Shown here piece by piece: positions 49,401 to 58,064 of a stretch of DNA of 64,000 bases. Made by a program: the position numbers and the translations under genes. Each line of letters starts with the position of its first letter. Positions within the stretch are counted from its first letter, which is position 1. The notes below the pieces were generated by a model, which searched no databases, was not told the DNA's origin, and saw nothing but the letters and a program-made list of their open reading frames with translations. This DNA comes from a virus (lineage: Duplodnaviria > Caudoviricetes): positions 3,381 to 67,380 of the IMG/VR virus record IMGVR_UViG_3300027797_000026; one strand, 5' to 3'.

Positions 49401-49434
49401 TGTTAAAATGGTTGGACAGGGGAAGAATATATAA
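40429..49434 (+). CDS. tape measure protein, 3001 aa, with inserted modules
   Basis: TP901-type core (LTVPLAAFG, EGANALKS, LFGK); multiple F/YAxGG motifs. Confidence 0.92.
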   Translation: MADQNIVTNITATANFSSLTAQLQAVTSQLLKLQATTIGLNKNLTSQVGVMNRQFDETMRSTGQFARHFVTLTSDVSKFGQNLDSGRMKLGQYFQTWQGHTRKTSSLVKELAKQQVMLENAVVQPLGKNAQGLMQYNVMVQSGLDVTKNKSALLRQELSIMNKVMNDGATGLINWGKNTQWAGRQLTVGLTVPLAAFGMAAAKAFRQADEELVRLTKVYGGLTATSSADLLQVRKDVIAVSRELASGLGANFKETIGIAADIAATGKQGAELIDSTRQTTRLAILGEVDRQDAMKATLAIQTAFGQNTMQLAESIDFLNAVENQTSTTLEDLVTAIPKAGPVVKALGGDVQDLALYLTAMREGGINASEGANALKSALASVINPTKVAKEMFMGLGIDLSGIVDKNAGNLTGTIMALKDSLDSLQPLQRARAIEQLFGKFQFARINALFENLGKEGSQTLQVLDLMKASTKDLASISERELKALTESASGKYRRALESVKADLAVVGEQFLKVGAFVLNAIDGIIKFIGNLPGPIKAVLGFIGGLTAIAGPIIMLTGVLGNFFGYIIKGVLALKNIGKGGTGFKLLTPELVAAASAAETVEQSFYSDTKAAATFSDAVLTLAASFEKLKQSAMSSTIATSNSMSTVAGNPVMGVGGRIVDKNNPLIGRPYSRDMSHLTPTGSLTPEQRARETIFSTVPGPKPVNQRISNSPQLYMDKDLPKIPGVTSVNGVSTGVVAAEAAKWHSMTAAIAMQSKAELAVLKTEIAATGTITASLADSYQALLPQMTKVTTLAAQETALIVQQLQAGKITVEAARAKIFALNAQVEAMIAQTATGVATAQARTLSLTTVPLTTQPVVNAAGRSNMKELFHKSETSKMVDVIARALGVRTSGAGYSMHTTKPRFNAGGQVESFGSGRTRVSGPSSISYDDRMGSVPLGGYVLNQNASMDPRNAALVSAAPSTYRNSGGNITALLTPKETVFGSGIQDNPELFAAVDSANNGIPLSSHMGGGNITLSRSNYGAINPVALAKILGQLFRRNPKLSREILKGRDLRLSGAEARAYQESAFGSALKSSSRALSREYYFVGNWGGRLRSSVNTALAHGAAKKADVVSDLMHSSSQAALPSLTRFLEVNKVSPDKIQFFTERARANIVSRLGGTGKIGEAEWSRVQHKEYLDIAKELKLKKQYFDSLNVPGQRRAHSTNPAARGIQAETPLNPYGTTDLAKLIAENDVNGTRYMGSYRNYGIEKINGEPTALAHMMPKFNRGGQVGGRIRTGQYNYGVMGNVLKGLAMRRIGATFGPTGAPKPSMYESAPWGVSSLSIKAAETLFANTGLRKHSQKLFYDKFAAALAKEKPYGYVKGPNGELKNALEPSSMDAVVRQAASDLMSDRRVFMQLSPIDRDIIRKKYLNFESKKDTPVTDALRKRIFGSDSPGFAAGGVVRRGKNSYGVKGNPAARAEQEAARRARAAAFTPAAGSAPVYQDGPLTGSRTTVIGNGGVRTNTYGVQGSLPYMPGLTIGHGALNKSQALLASAAKQIEMSLYALGTSIKKDAIMVGKTLRFSGDQIVIGARLMQGQIKTSIDTMATGFKTVGTVISNVVKQTASQIGAAAKMAATNLNALRASLFSPQVIAPRPPGALINPDRTFAQNSRQSFAANARYSTTAMLNPIQYTRSVLNKPKDPNKVPGQGMGGMAAGMGGMMVGQQIGQKVGGSTGGMIGSMGGYMAGMAAYSGAAKGFAALSASMGGAGFASTAVAAAGLVAPIAAVTAVVVAGVLAWKDYKKGQELNQATFGLTAEAAKKAGLRFTDFGKRVADVASDQRHLANTNKMIYESMKDGGTPFRISIEEYRALKKEVKETFAEQIAAIDRQPKEKVAGAVVRLKEQLIGAGMSAEEATKKIYTMLQLSNKKDQSISATIGNNKFSVITDSQSAAVSSVNSFGEATRNEGSVEKALSFNNALAATETGINDIIAKRERLVAKDLSGKTKSLSYSEAEKIMIDQLNASKEAGTIITEETVDELAKTNPNIKKVINGSDTIVSVWQKIRLQAQGFSGDLSKLSAEQVGVIANVFNAIAASVESTNRAGILKDQYANLDKLKGQISDYTKALKGQTVTEQISDRKRLSAINKQIEAINKLAEARKKALAAAQEDADLGRQIEKVRLEIQNAVSVGDTEKAQSLRIDLESLTSQQQTDAQMKAIDAAAEKATKPLKAAAEAISSNQQDLADSAALAGESLDKLQKKYDKQKTAIDLVNNAMTALYGNADAAGQSVEDYVKSNKTAAAGFVAAMEAATNAAMPKYKEVTTTEVTANGPVTTTTKVPISPEQNALALLLKAGTTGKVDMAIANSIKGGASLFDVVKAIKTYIPSKKDGNETFGNAVLTGTGKDAYAAYKNVLSQGQSQKLLTATGGMFEVFEWNKKSYVADATTGVIYPYDQVNKIIGKKAVSRHEGGPISGAGTATSDSIPAMLSNGEYVIRASAVKKYGVDHFDALNQQKYADGGPVKPGSRQQLPFFPWRPDLPNYWSNGKPTGNPYTGRWGELRYNPSKGKDIWGGTEPGSHFTGNIKDKSDYWHQMGEQPSKSRGPGMGIDKDPMRYAGSGASMGGIGSGVYGFGPLFFAEGGFFGGIKSYFNKFGKNKESVDKAPGTRKYTEGIIRGLYDNNPLTYGMNAMSGKFKLGSKWSNFAYSVVGKPIEEIIAGSGTKGDFANTAINLIPGAGLAKGPKMAKNIKDAKSWTHYAHQSPTELLPSIGRPTTAMHQYGPGTYGSPTGTFAGDTFGTGAHKLSNSPLAWMKTALGRGPVTEDLLASERVLFTKATGKTAYPYGISDEFATFLRSRGYSGYKTGDIVTNWNIGYPGFGLSNNLGKIPFGSRLPKIEAPIPNIVPDGLVLANGGLVNIPKFKNGINVVPQDMLAMIHKNESIIPATMNPFNPDAAASMPKYNFGRSSFSVNGGGESGASYTVNQNIYASEGMDVEALSNMIVRKAEVVIGQKAKVNVKMVGQGKNI

Positions 49435-49883
49435 TGGCAACTTTAATTTTACCAGCAGGAGCAGCCTTGTTTATACAAGATGTCGATAACGCATGGCAAC
49501 AATTAACTGAACATAATAGGTCTCCTATAGCAATTGATACAGAGAGAATTGAGAAGACTTCTAGGATGGCCAATGGAAGCCTTAGAAAGCTGTTTATAGC
49601 CGATAAGAAGAGCATCTCTACCTCCTGGAGCATGGTTCCTTCATACACCACTATGACCGTAGACGGAGGCTGGGGAGCAGAAAATATAAAAGACTTTTAT
49701 TTAAGCGCTAAAGGGCAAGGCACATTTAACGTAAAAATTGCATATAACTCTACAAGAACAGAGACATTCCTTGCCTCATTTACTTCATGCTCAGCAAGTA
49801 TGGTTAGAAGAAATGTTAAAGAAAAAGCGGCAGACACAGCACAAGTATTTTGGGATTTATCTATTTCACTGGAAGAAGTCTAA
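49434..49883 (+). CDS. distal tail protein
   Basis: RMANGSLR...LEEV; follows tape measure. Confidence 0.65.
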   Translation: MATLILPAGAALFIQDVDNAWQQLTEHNRSPIAIDTERIEKTSRMANGSLRKLFIADKKSISTSWSMVPSYTTMTVDGGWGAENIKDFYLSAKGQGTFNVKIAYNSTRTETFLASFTSCSASMVRRNVKEKAADTAQVFWDLSISLEEV

Positions 49884-52800
49884 TGCAAACCGTAAGCCCC
49901 TCAACCTTAAGTTTAATTAATGAGTCTGCATCTTATTCAATGTCGGGCGGATGCTGGCTAGAATATAATATGAACGATTTAATTTTAGGCGCTAAAGTAA
50001 GAGGGCCAAATGGAACTGATGAAAATCCAGAAGGTACTCTTCAAATAACACAAACTGTTAATGGTAAAACATACTACCCATATAAAAAACTATTCCCCTT
50101 AACAAATATAATAGATCCAAGAAGACCTTCTTCTGCGGGCATAAGCTATTTTTTATTAAACAAAATGGTACCAGTTGCTATACCAAAATATAATGTTTCA
50201 AAAGAACTTCCCTCCAGACTTTATTTTGCCAGTGCAAAGAATCAGTATAAGTATTTCTTGGCTGGACCAGCAGAAAACCTTTCTCTGCCTAACTGTAATA
50301 TTAATGTAGAGTACCCAGTATTAAAAACAGCTGTAGCAAATGTTATAGTTGTTAAATTTGAAACTTCATACTCAAAGCCAGTCAGCTGGTCAATTAAAAT
50401 AAAAAACCATCAGGACGTAGAGGCGACTATATTTACAAATACAGTTGTATCAAGTAGCAACACAGGAGTATTTGAACTTTATTACAATGGTGGTCTTTGG
50501 TCAAGCCCCTCTTCATGGTCAACTACAAAATTTACAACACCATCAGTTCCAGTAGATATTAAAAACATTACTGTAACAGTAAGCACAATTAGCAAGGCAA
50601 ACTCATACCTAGGAGTTATTGAAATAGGAGCAAGATACATACAAGATGTTTCTGATAGAGTAATTTCTTTTCAGGCTTCAAAAATGTCTTCAGATAGTTC
50701 ATCTGGAATTGTTCCAGTAGGAGCAGTAACAGCAAACGCCTTATCCTTATCCCTAGAAGGATTTGATAAAAAGGGAATAGAGTACGATAAAACTTACGCA
50801 TTTAATAAGAACAATATTAATTTATATAAAAACGTTAAGATGATTCCATTTAATAAAATAGGATCAGATATGATTTTTCAAGGAGTATTTTATATAGATT
50901 CTTTTAGTATATCTGAGTTTGGAGATATTGATATTCAGGGACTAGACGGAGCCAAATTTTTACAAGAAATATTAGCTCCAGATATTGTAATTCAAAATGC
51001 TCCGTCACAGGCAATCATTAGAAGGCTATTGGACGGCATAGGATTTACTTCTTATAACTTTAATACATATGCAAAAGACAGTACAGACTTAACCGATACA
51101 GCTACCATAGTCCCGCTATTTTGGTATACAGAAGATACAAAGACAGTCTGGGAACATATACAGGATTTATGTAGAGACACACAAATGATAGCTACATTTG
51201 ATAACAACGACATACTTCAATTCTATCCTAGAGACTATCTGTTTGATAAAACAAGAGGAACTAACTTTAAGTTTAGAAGCGAAAAAAAATTATTAAATCT
51301 ACCCAATATAATGTCTATGAATAAAGAAACAGTGCCTTCAGTTAAGGCAGTTAAAGTAATTTATTCTCCAATAATAAGCACAAACTATTCTGGTTCTTCA
51401 GACAACCTTTACGTTTCTCCACCATCAGCAATTGGTGCAGCCGCCTTACAATCTACTTTATTAGCAACACCACCTGTTACAGTAGACGCCCCATTAGGAA
51501 TGGTTACTCTCGCACCAATAAGCGTGTACAGTTCTTTGGCCGACACATCTTTTTATAATAAGTCTGGATATTTTTTAATAAATAATGAAATAATTAAATA
51601 TGATGCAATTGAATTTCAATACGAGCCTATTTCTGCACCGAACACTCTTATAAAAAAATGGATTACTTCTGACTCAGATATAGCAAAGTGGCTGGGAGAA
51701 AGTAAAATAGGTTCTTTTAAGTCAACGCTAAGGTATAGAATTAAAGAAAGAAATTCATTTAATGCTACTGGTAAAGGGGTTGGTGTTGGAGAAACTCATA
51801 ATGTAAATATTGATACGCTAAAAAATGAATGGGCAGGCTCCAGACTCAACCTACTTGCAAAAACAAATGTAGGAGATCAATCAGTCTTTTCATTAAAGCA
51901 AACAGATAGTTCAGGCACCGAAACATCAAGGTCGCTACTTACAATTGTTGCTCCCCCAGCATCTAAAGAATACTATTGTGCATCAATTACTCCAGATACC
52001 GTTAACATATCTACAGAAGAATATTTTTCTGTAGGAACTGCATTGTTTTTTAAACTTGCACAGGATAGGTTTGGAAGAGTAACTGGAGAGCAGAAAGTAT
52101 CTGCTGCATTAGGAATAGGGCTTGACTCTAATAATTTAAATGGCTACATATTAAAAATTTCAACTTCACAAAATGTTGCAATTAAAGGACTAGAGTCTAA
52201 AGACGTTCAGCTGTGGAAGATTGTAGACGGTAAAGAAACAAAAATTACGGATACGCAAAAGACTGAAGATAATTCAATTACTGGAGTATCTGGCGGAAAG
52301 TTTTATAGAATAGATGTAAAAGTATCTAAAGCAACAGCTGGCCAAAAAATATTTAAAATTAAATTTAATAATCAAGTCATTACGGCAACCGATGAATTCC
52401 CTTTAGCAATAACCCCAAAGATCTCACTGATTGGAATTGAAGGAGAAGCAGCTTTTGACTATGCATACTGCTCTTCTTTAACTAAAAATGAATTTAACTC
52501 TTCTACCTCATACGACAACTACGGTTCATATATTTCAGCATCAAACGCCCTACAGAATTTGTTTGGAGATTTTGTTTTTACTGGATCTAATTCTTCTTCT
52601 AAGGCTCCATGGATAAAAGAGTTTGGGCCAGTAGCAAGAGAAATAAAAAAAATATCAACTAAGTATTCAACAAGGCCAGGGCTTGTTAAATATCCTCAGA
52701 TAATATTAAATCCAAACGTTACCCTTATAGGGTATAACGCAAACTCTTTTGGAATAGAGGCCTACATACTAAATAACACTGGCGCATTTGTTGACATAGC

Positions 52801-53191
52801 AGATGGCGGAGAAAAAAGCTTTATTGTTGTTGGAGAAACAATAACAACGTTAGACCCATTTGAGTATATAGACCCATTACTTTCTTCAACTAAAAATGAA
52901 GAGCAGGTAGCCTTTGAGTCCACATGGATACAAAAAGAAGAAGAGGCAAAAAAATTATCTGAATGGATGAGAACTCAGTGGTCAAATCAACAGACTGTTC
53001 TTACCCTTGATATTTTCCCAAACCCTATTCTTGAGATAGGGGATATTGTAGAAATATCCTATCCTAATAACTTAGTCTATTCTACAGAGGATACAGGCAA
53101 AACGGCAGGCAAGTATATATTATTGGACATAGAGCAAGCCTATAGTTCTGACCCATCTACAAGAATAACGTGCAGGTCGATTTATGTTTAA
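49883..53191 (+). CDS. minor tail / baseplate hub protein
   Basis: size, position, C-terminal NP.LEIGDIV motif. Confidence 0.7.
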   Translation: MQTVSPSTLSLINESASYSMSGGCWLEYNMNDLILGAKVRGPNGTDENPEGTLQITQTVNGKTYYPYKKLFPLTNIIDPRRPSSAGISYFLLNKMVPVAIPKYNVSKELPSRLYFASAKNQYKYFLAGPAENLSLPNCNINVEYPVLKTAVANVIVVKFETSYSKPVSWSIKIKNHQDVEATIFTNTVVSSSNTGVFELYYNGGLWSSPSSWSTTKFTTPSVPVDIKNITVTVSTISKANSYLGVIEIGARYIQDVSDRVISFQASKMSSDSSSGIVPVGAVTANALSLSLEGFDKKGIEYDKTYAFNKNNINLYKNVKMIPFNKIGSDMIFQGVFYIDSFSISEFGDIDIQGLDGAKFLQEILAPDIVIQNAPSQAIIRRLLDGIGFTSYNFNTYAKDSTDLTDTATIVPLFWYTEDTKTVWEHIQDLCRDTQMIATFDNNDILQFYPRDYLFDKTRGTNFKFRSEKKLLNLPNIMSMNKETVPSVKAVKVIYSPIISTNYSGSSDNLYVSPPSAIGAAALQSTLLATPPVTVDAPLGMVTLAPISVYSSLADTSFYNKSGYFLINNEIIKYDAIEFQYEPISAPNTLIKKWITSDSDIAKWLGESKIGSFKSTLRYRIKERNSFNATGKGVGVGETHNVNIDTLKNEWAGSRLNLLAKTNVGDQSVFSLKQTDSSGTETSRSLLTIVAPPASKEYYCASITPDTVNISTEEYFSVGTALFFKLAQDRFGRVTGEQKVSAALGIGLDSNNLNGYILKISTSQNVAIKGLESKDVQLWKIVDGKETKITDTQKTEDNSITGVSGGKFYRIDVKVSKATAGQKIFKIKFNNQVITATDEFPLAITPKISLIGIEGEAAFDYAYCSSLTKNEFNSSTSYDNYGSYISASNALQNLFGDFVFTGSNSSSKAPWIKEFGPVAREIKKISTKYSTRPGLVKYPQIILNPNVTLIGYNANSFGIEAYILNNTGAFVDIADGGEKSFIVVGETITTLDPFEYIDPLLSSTKNEEQVAFESTWIQKEEEAKKLSEWMRTQWSNQQTVLTLDIFPNPILEIGDIVEISYPNNLVYSTEDTGKTAGKYILLDIEQAYSSDPSTRITCRSIYV

Positions 53192-53211
53192 TGAAATGGT
53201 AGAATCTTTAT

Positions 53212-53589
53212 ATGGTTAGAAAAAATCCTAAAATAGGAAAATCTCAAATAGCTGGTGGAATCAAAGTCCAACTGCCACTAGACTCACCCCTAATTGGTAT
53301 ATTAAAAACAGATCAATACGATGTTGTAAATCTATATACAAACGAGGTAGATAAGACTTATGTTCCAGAAGACCCCTTTGAACCACCAGAACCACCTCCA
53401 GAACCAGCCCTAGCTCCTAACTTAGAAGACATTACTCTTATAGGAAAAACAGGCAAACGATATTCTTCTGGAGCAATAATTACTGACCCAGAAATATACT
53501 ATGACTCAAATAACAATAGGTTTCTTAAAGTTACCTTTGAAGTAAAAAACAGCGTAGGAGATATCGTAAAGGGGGCTGTTATAATATGA
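53212..53589 (+). CDS. minor tail protein with PPEPPPEP segment
   Basis: leaderless after TGGTAGAAT; position. Confidence 0.55.
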   Translation: MVRKNPKIGKSQIAGGIKVQLPLDSPLIGILKTDQYDVVNLYTNEVDKTYVPEDPFEPPEPPPEPALAPNLEDITLIGKTGKRYSSGAIITDPEIYYDSNNNRFLKVTFEVKNSVGDIVKGAVII

Positions 53590-54473
53590 TAACAAAATTT
53601 GGTAAAAGATTTATTACTTCTTATTTAGCAAATGGGCTTAACTTTAATCAAAAAGATATTGCAATAGGAATAGGCTCAACAGCAGCAACCGTAAACGACA
53701 CAGATCTGCAATTTGAATTTTATAGAACTGGAGTAAGTTTAGGAAGCATAGACATACAGACAAATACCTCTACTGGCCAAACAACTTATGCTGTAGTGTA
53801 TAAAGCTACCCTACCAACAGATGCAGAAGGAATTATTTCAGAAATTGGAATCTTTCCCACAGCCTTTGCTCAAAACACAGACTACTCTTCAAAATATATA
53901 TCTTCATTTGAGAATGCATCTTCTTGGCTTGACAGTGCTGGTAACCAGCCAACAACAGTTTCAACTCCAACTCCAAAAATAGGATCTTCATTTTTTACGG
54001 TATCTGCTGTTAGCGGTGGATCTAAATCGTATAGCCTAGATACAATATTTGATATTTCTGGATACGGTGTAGATGACAGTATAAGTTTTGCATTTTATCA
54101 ATCTGATTTAAACTTAGATTATGTTTATGCAAGATTCTACAGCTCCGCCTCCAATTATAAAGAGGTTAGATTTTCTGGAGCTACGTCTATTGGGCATAAG
54201 GTATTAACCACTAAGTTGTCAAATCTTTTTAACTCAGCATTTACTTCAGCTGGAACAACAGACTTTGCTAACATAATAAAGATTGAGGTTGGAGCAAAAG
54301 CCAAAACTTCTGTCTCTACGACAGTGCTTTTAGATGGACTAAGACTTAATGATGATGATAGATATAATCCACAGTATGGACTTATAAGTAGATCAGTTCT
54401 TTCTAGCCCAATAGTAAAGTTGCTGGGAGTAGAAATGGACATAGAATATAAAATCAATTTAGGGTTTTTATAA
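53586..54473 (+). CDS. minor tail/baseplate protein
   Basis: MITKFG...IAIGIG...DTDL.FE..R; ISEIGIF motifs. Confidence 0.7.
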   Translation: MITKFGKRFITSYLANGLNFNQKDIAIGIGSTAATVNDTDLQFEFYRTGVSLGSIDIQTNTSTGQTTYAVVYKATLPTDAEGIISEIGIFPTAFAQNTDYSSKYISSFENASSWLDSAGNQPTTVSTPTPKIGSSFFTVSAVSGGSKSYSLDTIFDISGYGVDDSISFAFYQSDLNLDYVYARFYSSASNYKEVRFSGATSIGHKVLTTKLSNLFNSAFTSAGTTDFANIIKIEVGAKAKTSVSTTVLLDGLRLNDDDRYNPQYGLISRSVLSSPIVKLLGVEMDIEYKINLGFL

Positions 54474-57178
54474 TGTCATTTAGATGGATTCAGGCTCATG
54501 ATGGCGGCGGAGAGACTATACCAGCAGACCAAGAGAGATCAGATGCGGATGCAGCAGCAAATGCAAATAAAAAAACTCCAGGCTCATTTACAGTACAAAA
54601 ATCAGGATTCAATGTTGTCCAAGGTGGGGTCTATAAGATGTCCTTTGCGTACTTGTATGAAGATCCAGATAATCCTTCCGAAACAATAGTTGGTCCTAGT
54701 TCTCCAAATTTTACATTTACTTTAGACACACCAGATTTAACTAGAGCAGTTACGGGCTTAGTTGTAACTCCTGGACTATTATCTTATGGCGTTAAATGGG
54801 ATTTAATTGATAAGGCATTGCCTGAAAACAAATGGCTAATCGATATACAAATCTACGAAAGCTTAACTGGAGCATTTGCAGGAGAAGAGTATTTAGTTTG
54901 GAATGGAAATGGTAACTCTGCAACAATTTTAGTTTCTGATACAAACAATAGATGGATCCGTGTAGATACAAGGGATCAAGACTATCACAAAAAGAGTGTT
55001 ATTGCTGGCCCATTTAAAGCAACTGATCCAATTGTAGTAGATGTAGCTGGTCCAGGAAATGTAGGTTCAGTAACAGCTACAAGCGGCATAGATACATCTG
55101 GATATTTAGGATTTAATGCCTTTGCAAGTATATCTTGGTCACCAGTAACAGGAGACGGTATAAGAGGATATAGAATTAGATTTACCAATGATAGCGGCGC
55201 AACATACTCTTATGTTGATTCTCCAGGAACCGATACTACCTATAAGCTAGCTGGACTAGCAATTGGTTCTCCTTACAAAATAGGAGTTGCAACTTATGAC
55301 CAATACAATAATACATCTTCTCAATATGTTCCTGGTCCAGATATAACAGTGACTGGAACTCCATCAGTATCAAATTTTATTAAGGGCGGACCATTTGAAT
55401 TTGGAGTTGGTGTGGGGTCAGTATCAACAAACAAAGGACTTTACTTTGATGCGAGTAACTACTGGTATGTAAATGCAACAAATAGTGCCAGACTTAAAGT
55501 GGGAGGAGCTACAAGCAACTTTCTTTTGTGGGATGGATCCACATTTGCAATAGATGGTAACATTACTGCTAGAGGTGGAACATTTAGCGGCAATATATTT
55601 ATGTCTACAACTGGAGCATCTATCTATAGTGGAACAATTGATGCGGCCACTGGTAATCTAACTGGCAACGGATTTGCATTAAACTCAACTGGTCTTAAAG
55701 TTGCAAATGGCACCAACTCAGTGACTTTGTCTGCAGCAACTGGAACAATCACAGCAAATGCAGGAAGCATAGGTAGCTGGAATATAACAAATACAACCTT
55801 ATCTAAAAATAACATAATACTAGATAGTGCTGGACAAATTCAAGTTGGATCAACAGCAGCTCAAAGTGTTTATCTGAAATCTTCTGGATCATATGTTATG
55901 TGGGCAGGAAACAACACTCCAGATGCAAATGCTAAGTTTAGAGTAGGAGTAGATGGAACGCTATATGCATCTGGTGCTGTGCTTGGATCGAATACAACTG
56001 TAGACGGATATGCAACCACCGCAACAACAACTGGAATAAATACAAGGCTTACTACAGCAGAAGGTACTGTTTCTACATTGGGTACAAACGTCACAACATT
56101 ATCTAATAGCGTTGGAACTATATCTACTGGCTTAGCTACAAAGAACACAACTTTTGTTGGAGGCACCGCACCTACTGCCAATAGAGCTGGAGACATCTGG
56201 ATAGACACTAGTAGCGGAAACGAATTAAAGACATGGACAGGATCTGTTTGGACAACCAGAAGAGACACTACCTTTGCAAAAACAACAGATTTAGGCACTA
56301 AATTAAATGCCACAACTTCTATAATTCAAAGCACGGTAGATAATAAAATTACAGCTAATGCAGCGGGACTTGAAATATTTAGTGGTTCTGCAAATAGCGG
56401 ATTAAAATTTACAGGTACTGGATTTTTTGGATACAAGAACAGCGTACCAACATTCTCAATTTTATCAGATGGAACCGCGACATTTGCTGGTACATTAAGC
56501 GCAGCAACAGGATCATTTAGTGGAGCAGTAACTGCAACGTCTGGAGTGATTGGCGGCTTTACTCTAACTGGAGGTACTGACTTTACTGGCAACTTAGCCT
56601 CTAACCCAAGAATAATTTTTGGCAATAAGGTTCTAATTGGATCAATTGATTTAGGCGGAACAAGTGGAGATTACGGATTAAGAATAGGAAACCCGTACGG
56701 AACTGCAGGTGCATCTTTTAGAATAAATACAGCAGACGACGTAAATAGATTTGCTGCAGACAGCGCTACAAGAACATATGCTGGAGAAGTAAGAAATGCT
56801 CTTAGAGCAGCACCAATTAGATCTATCGGCGCTGTTGTTACTGAATCATCTTCTAGAAGATTCAAAGAAAATATAGTTTCAGCACCTAAAAGATATTACG
56901 ACAGAATATTAAATGTTGATCCAATGTTTTATACATACAAGACAGATAGCGAAGAAGTTCTTCCAGAATTGCGTGGACACCACAGATTTGGTATGATAGC
57001 TGAAGATTTAGAAGAAGCTGGTCTTGGATACTTTGTTGAAAGAGACATGCAGGGTAGACCAACTAATCTAAATGACATGATGTCATTCCCTTTGCTTTTA
57101 ATTCCAATTATTAAAGAATTAAAACAAGAGGTACAATCACTTAAAGATTCAATAATAGCAATGGGGGGAACTGTATGA
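54473..57178 (+). CDS. tail fibre / receptor-binding protein with FN3 and C-terminal S74-like chaperone
   Basis: W.PV..GY..Y..GL FN3; GDIWIDT; SSRRFKENI..FGMIAEDL. Confidence 0.8.
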   Translation: MSFRWIQAHDGGGETIPADQERSDADAAANANKKTPGSFTVQKSGFNVVQGGVYKMSFAYLYEDPDNPSETIVGPSSPNFTFTLDTPDLTRAVTGLVVTPGLLSYGVKWDLIDKALPENKWLIDIQIYESLTGAFAGEEYLVWNGNGNSATILVSDTNNRWIRVDTRDQDYHKKSVIAGPFKATDPIVVDVAGPGNVGSVTATSGIDTSGYLGFNAFASISWSPVTGDGIRGYRIRFTNDSGATYSYVDSPGTDTTYKLAGLAIGSPYKIGVATYDQYNNTSSQYVPGPDITVTGTPSVSNFIKGGPFEFGVGVGSVSTNKGLYFDASNYWYVNATNSARLKVGGATSNFLLWDGSTFAIDGNITARGGTFSGNIFMSTTGASIYSGTIDAATGNLTGNGFALNSTGLKVANGTNSVTLSAATGTITANAGSIGSWNITNTTLSKNNIILDSAGQIQVGSTAAQSVYLKSSGSYVMWAGNNTPDANAKFRVGVDGTLYASGAVLGSNTTVDGYATTATTTGINTRLTTAEGTVSTLGTNVTTLSNSVGTISTGLATKNTTFVGGTAPTANRAGDIWIDTSSGNELKTWTGSVWTTRRDTTFAKTTDLGTKLNATTSIIQSTVDNKITANAAGLEIFSGSANSGLKFTGTGFFGYKNSVPTFSILSDGTATFAGTLSAATGSFSGAVTATSGVIGGFTLTGGTDFTGNLASNPRIIFGNKVLIGSIDLGGTSGDYGLRIGNPYGTAGASFRINTADDVNRFAADSATRTYAGEVRNALRAAPIRSIGAVVTESSSRRFKENIVSAPKRYYDRILNVDPMFYTYKTDSEEVLPELRGHHRFGMIAEDLEEAGLGYFVERDMQGRPTNLNDMMSFPLLLIPIIKELKQEVQSLKDSIIAMGGTV

Positions 57179-57378
57179 TAAGATTTTTTTGCTCAATATG
57201 CATAGACGACATAGACCTAGATCCAACAGACATGTGCCTGACTTGCTGCGAGGCAACTTGCCCAGAATGCGGAACTGTTCTTAGAAGCCTATATGCTAGA
57301 CCAGAAAACCCAACAGAGGATATGTTGGGTCTGGCTGCATACAATCAAATTAATTCTATAGACACAAATACACCATAA
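57175..57378 (+). CDS. Zn-ribbon small protein
   Basis: CSIC...CPECG. Confidence 0.6.
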   Translation: MIRFFCSICIDDIDLDPTDMCLTCCEATCPECGTVLRSLYARPENPTEDMLGLAAYNQINSIDTNTP

Positions 57379-57409
57379 TGGTATACTGTAAATCTATCAA
57401 GGAGATATA

Positions 57410-57556
57410 ATGGATAAAGCAGAATTAGTAATTAGCGCACTGCAGCAAAGAATTGGCGAGCTTGTCTCAAATTATGAGACGCATATTGCCATTCTTCGTG
57501 CAGAAATAACACAGCTTCAGCAAGCACAAATGGCTGAGGAGTCAGAGGAGAAATAA
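57410..57556 (+). CDS. 48-aa coiled-coil protein (MDKAELVISALQQRIGEL...)
   Basis: hand translation; AAGGAG RBS; TGGTATACT promoter. Confidence 0.65.
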   Translation: MDKAELVISALQQRIGELVSNYETHIAILRAEITQLQQAQMAEESEEK

Positions 57557-57557
57557 A

Positions 57558-57971
57558 ATGGCAGAGCAATTAAAATCCATGAATGTTAATGAAGGAGATC
57601 CAATTACTTCAGAATTACTGTCTAACATGGTATCAAACATTAATCTAATTAATGCTATGGCAAGTAGCACTACTGGAACACCTGGAGCCCCTGGAGCCCC
57701 TGGAGCAACTCAGGTAATTGATACTGGCAGACCTTCAGTCCCTTGTAATACAGCAGGCACTGGAGAACTTACAATTACTTTTAAAAAGACTTTTTCCGTA
57801 AGGCCTAATATAGTATGCACAGTATGGCAGTCAAGCGGGAAAAACTTTTTAACACATAAATATATACCAGTTGTAACAACAGCAAGCGCAACAGAGTTTA
57901 CTGTAAGAATGATGCCAGTAGGAGCAACAGCAAACGGAAACGTTTATGTTCAATGGATTGCTACTATCTAA
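57558..57971 (+). CDS. tail-associated protein with H-type lectin-like C-terminus
   Basis: ITF.K.F...P.IV.T...V.....T.F.V......WIA pattern. Confidence 0.55.
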   Translation: MAEQLKSMNVNEGDPITSELLSNMVSNINLINAMASSTTGTPGAPGAPGATQVIDTGRPSVPCNTAGTGELTITFKKTFSVRPNIVCTVWQSSGKNFLTHKYIPVVTTASATEFTVRMMPVGATANGNVYVQWIATI

Positions 57972-57981
57972 CAAATAGGTA

Positions 57982-58045
57982 TTGACAATATAACACATAA
58001 TGCTACAATTTGATGTAGCGCTAAGGCCATGAATATTCATGGCCT
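57982..58045 (+). promoter_or_regulatory. promoter TTGACA-16-TACAAT followed by perfect 22-bp palindrome
   Basis: AGGCCATGAATATTCATGGCCT at 58024-58045. Confidence 0.65.
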
Positions 58046-58064
58046 ATTAACATTAGGGTAAATA

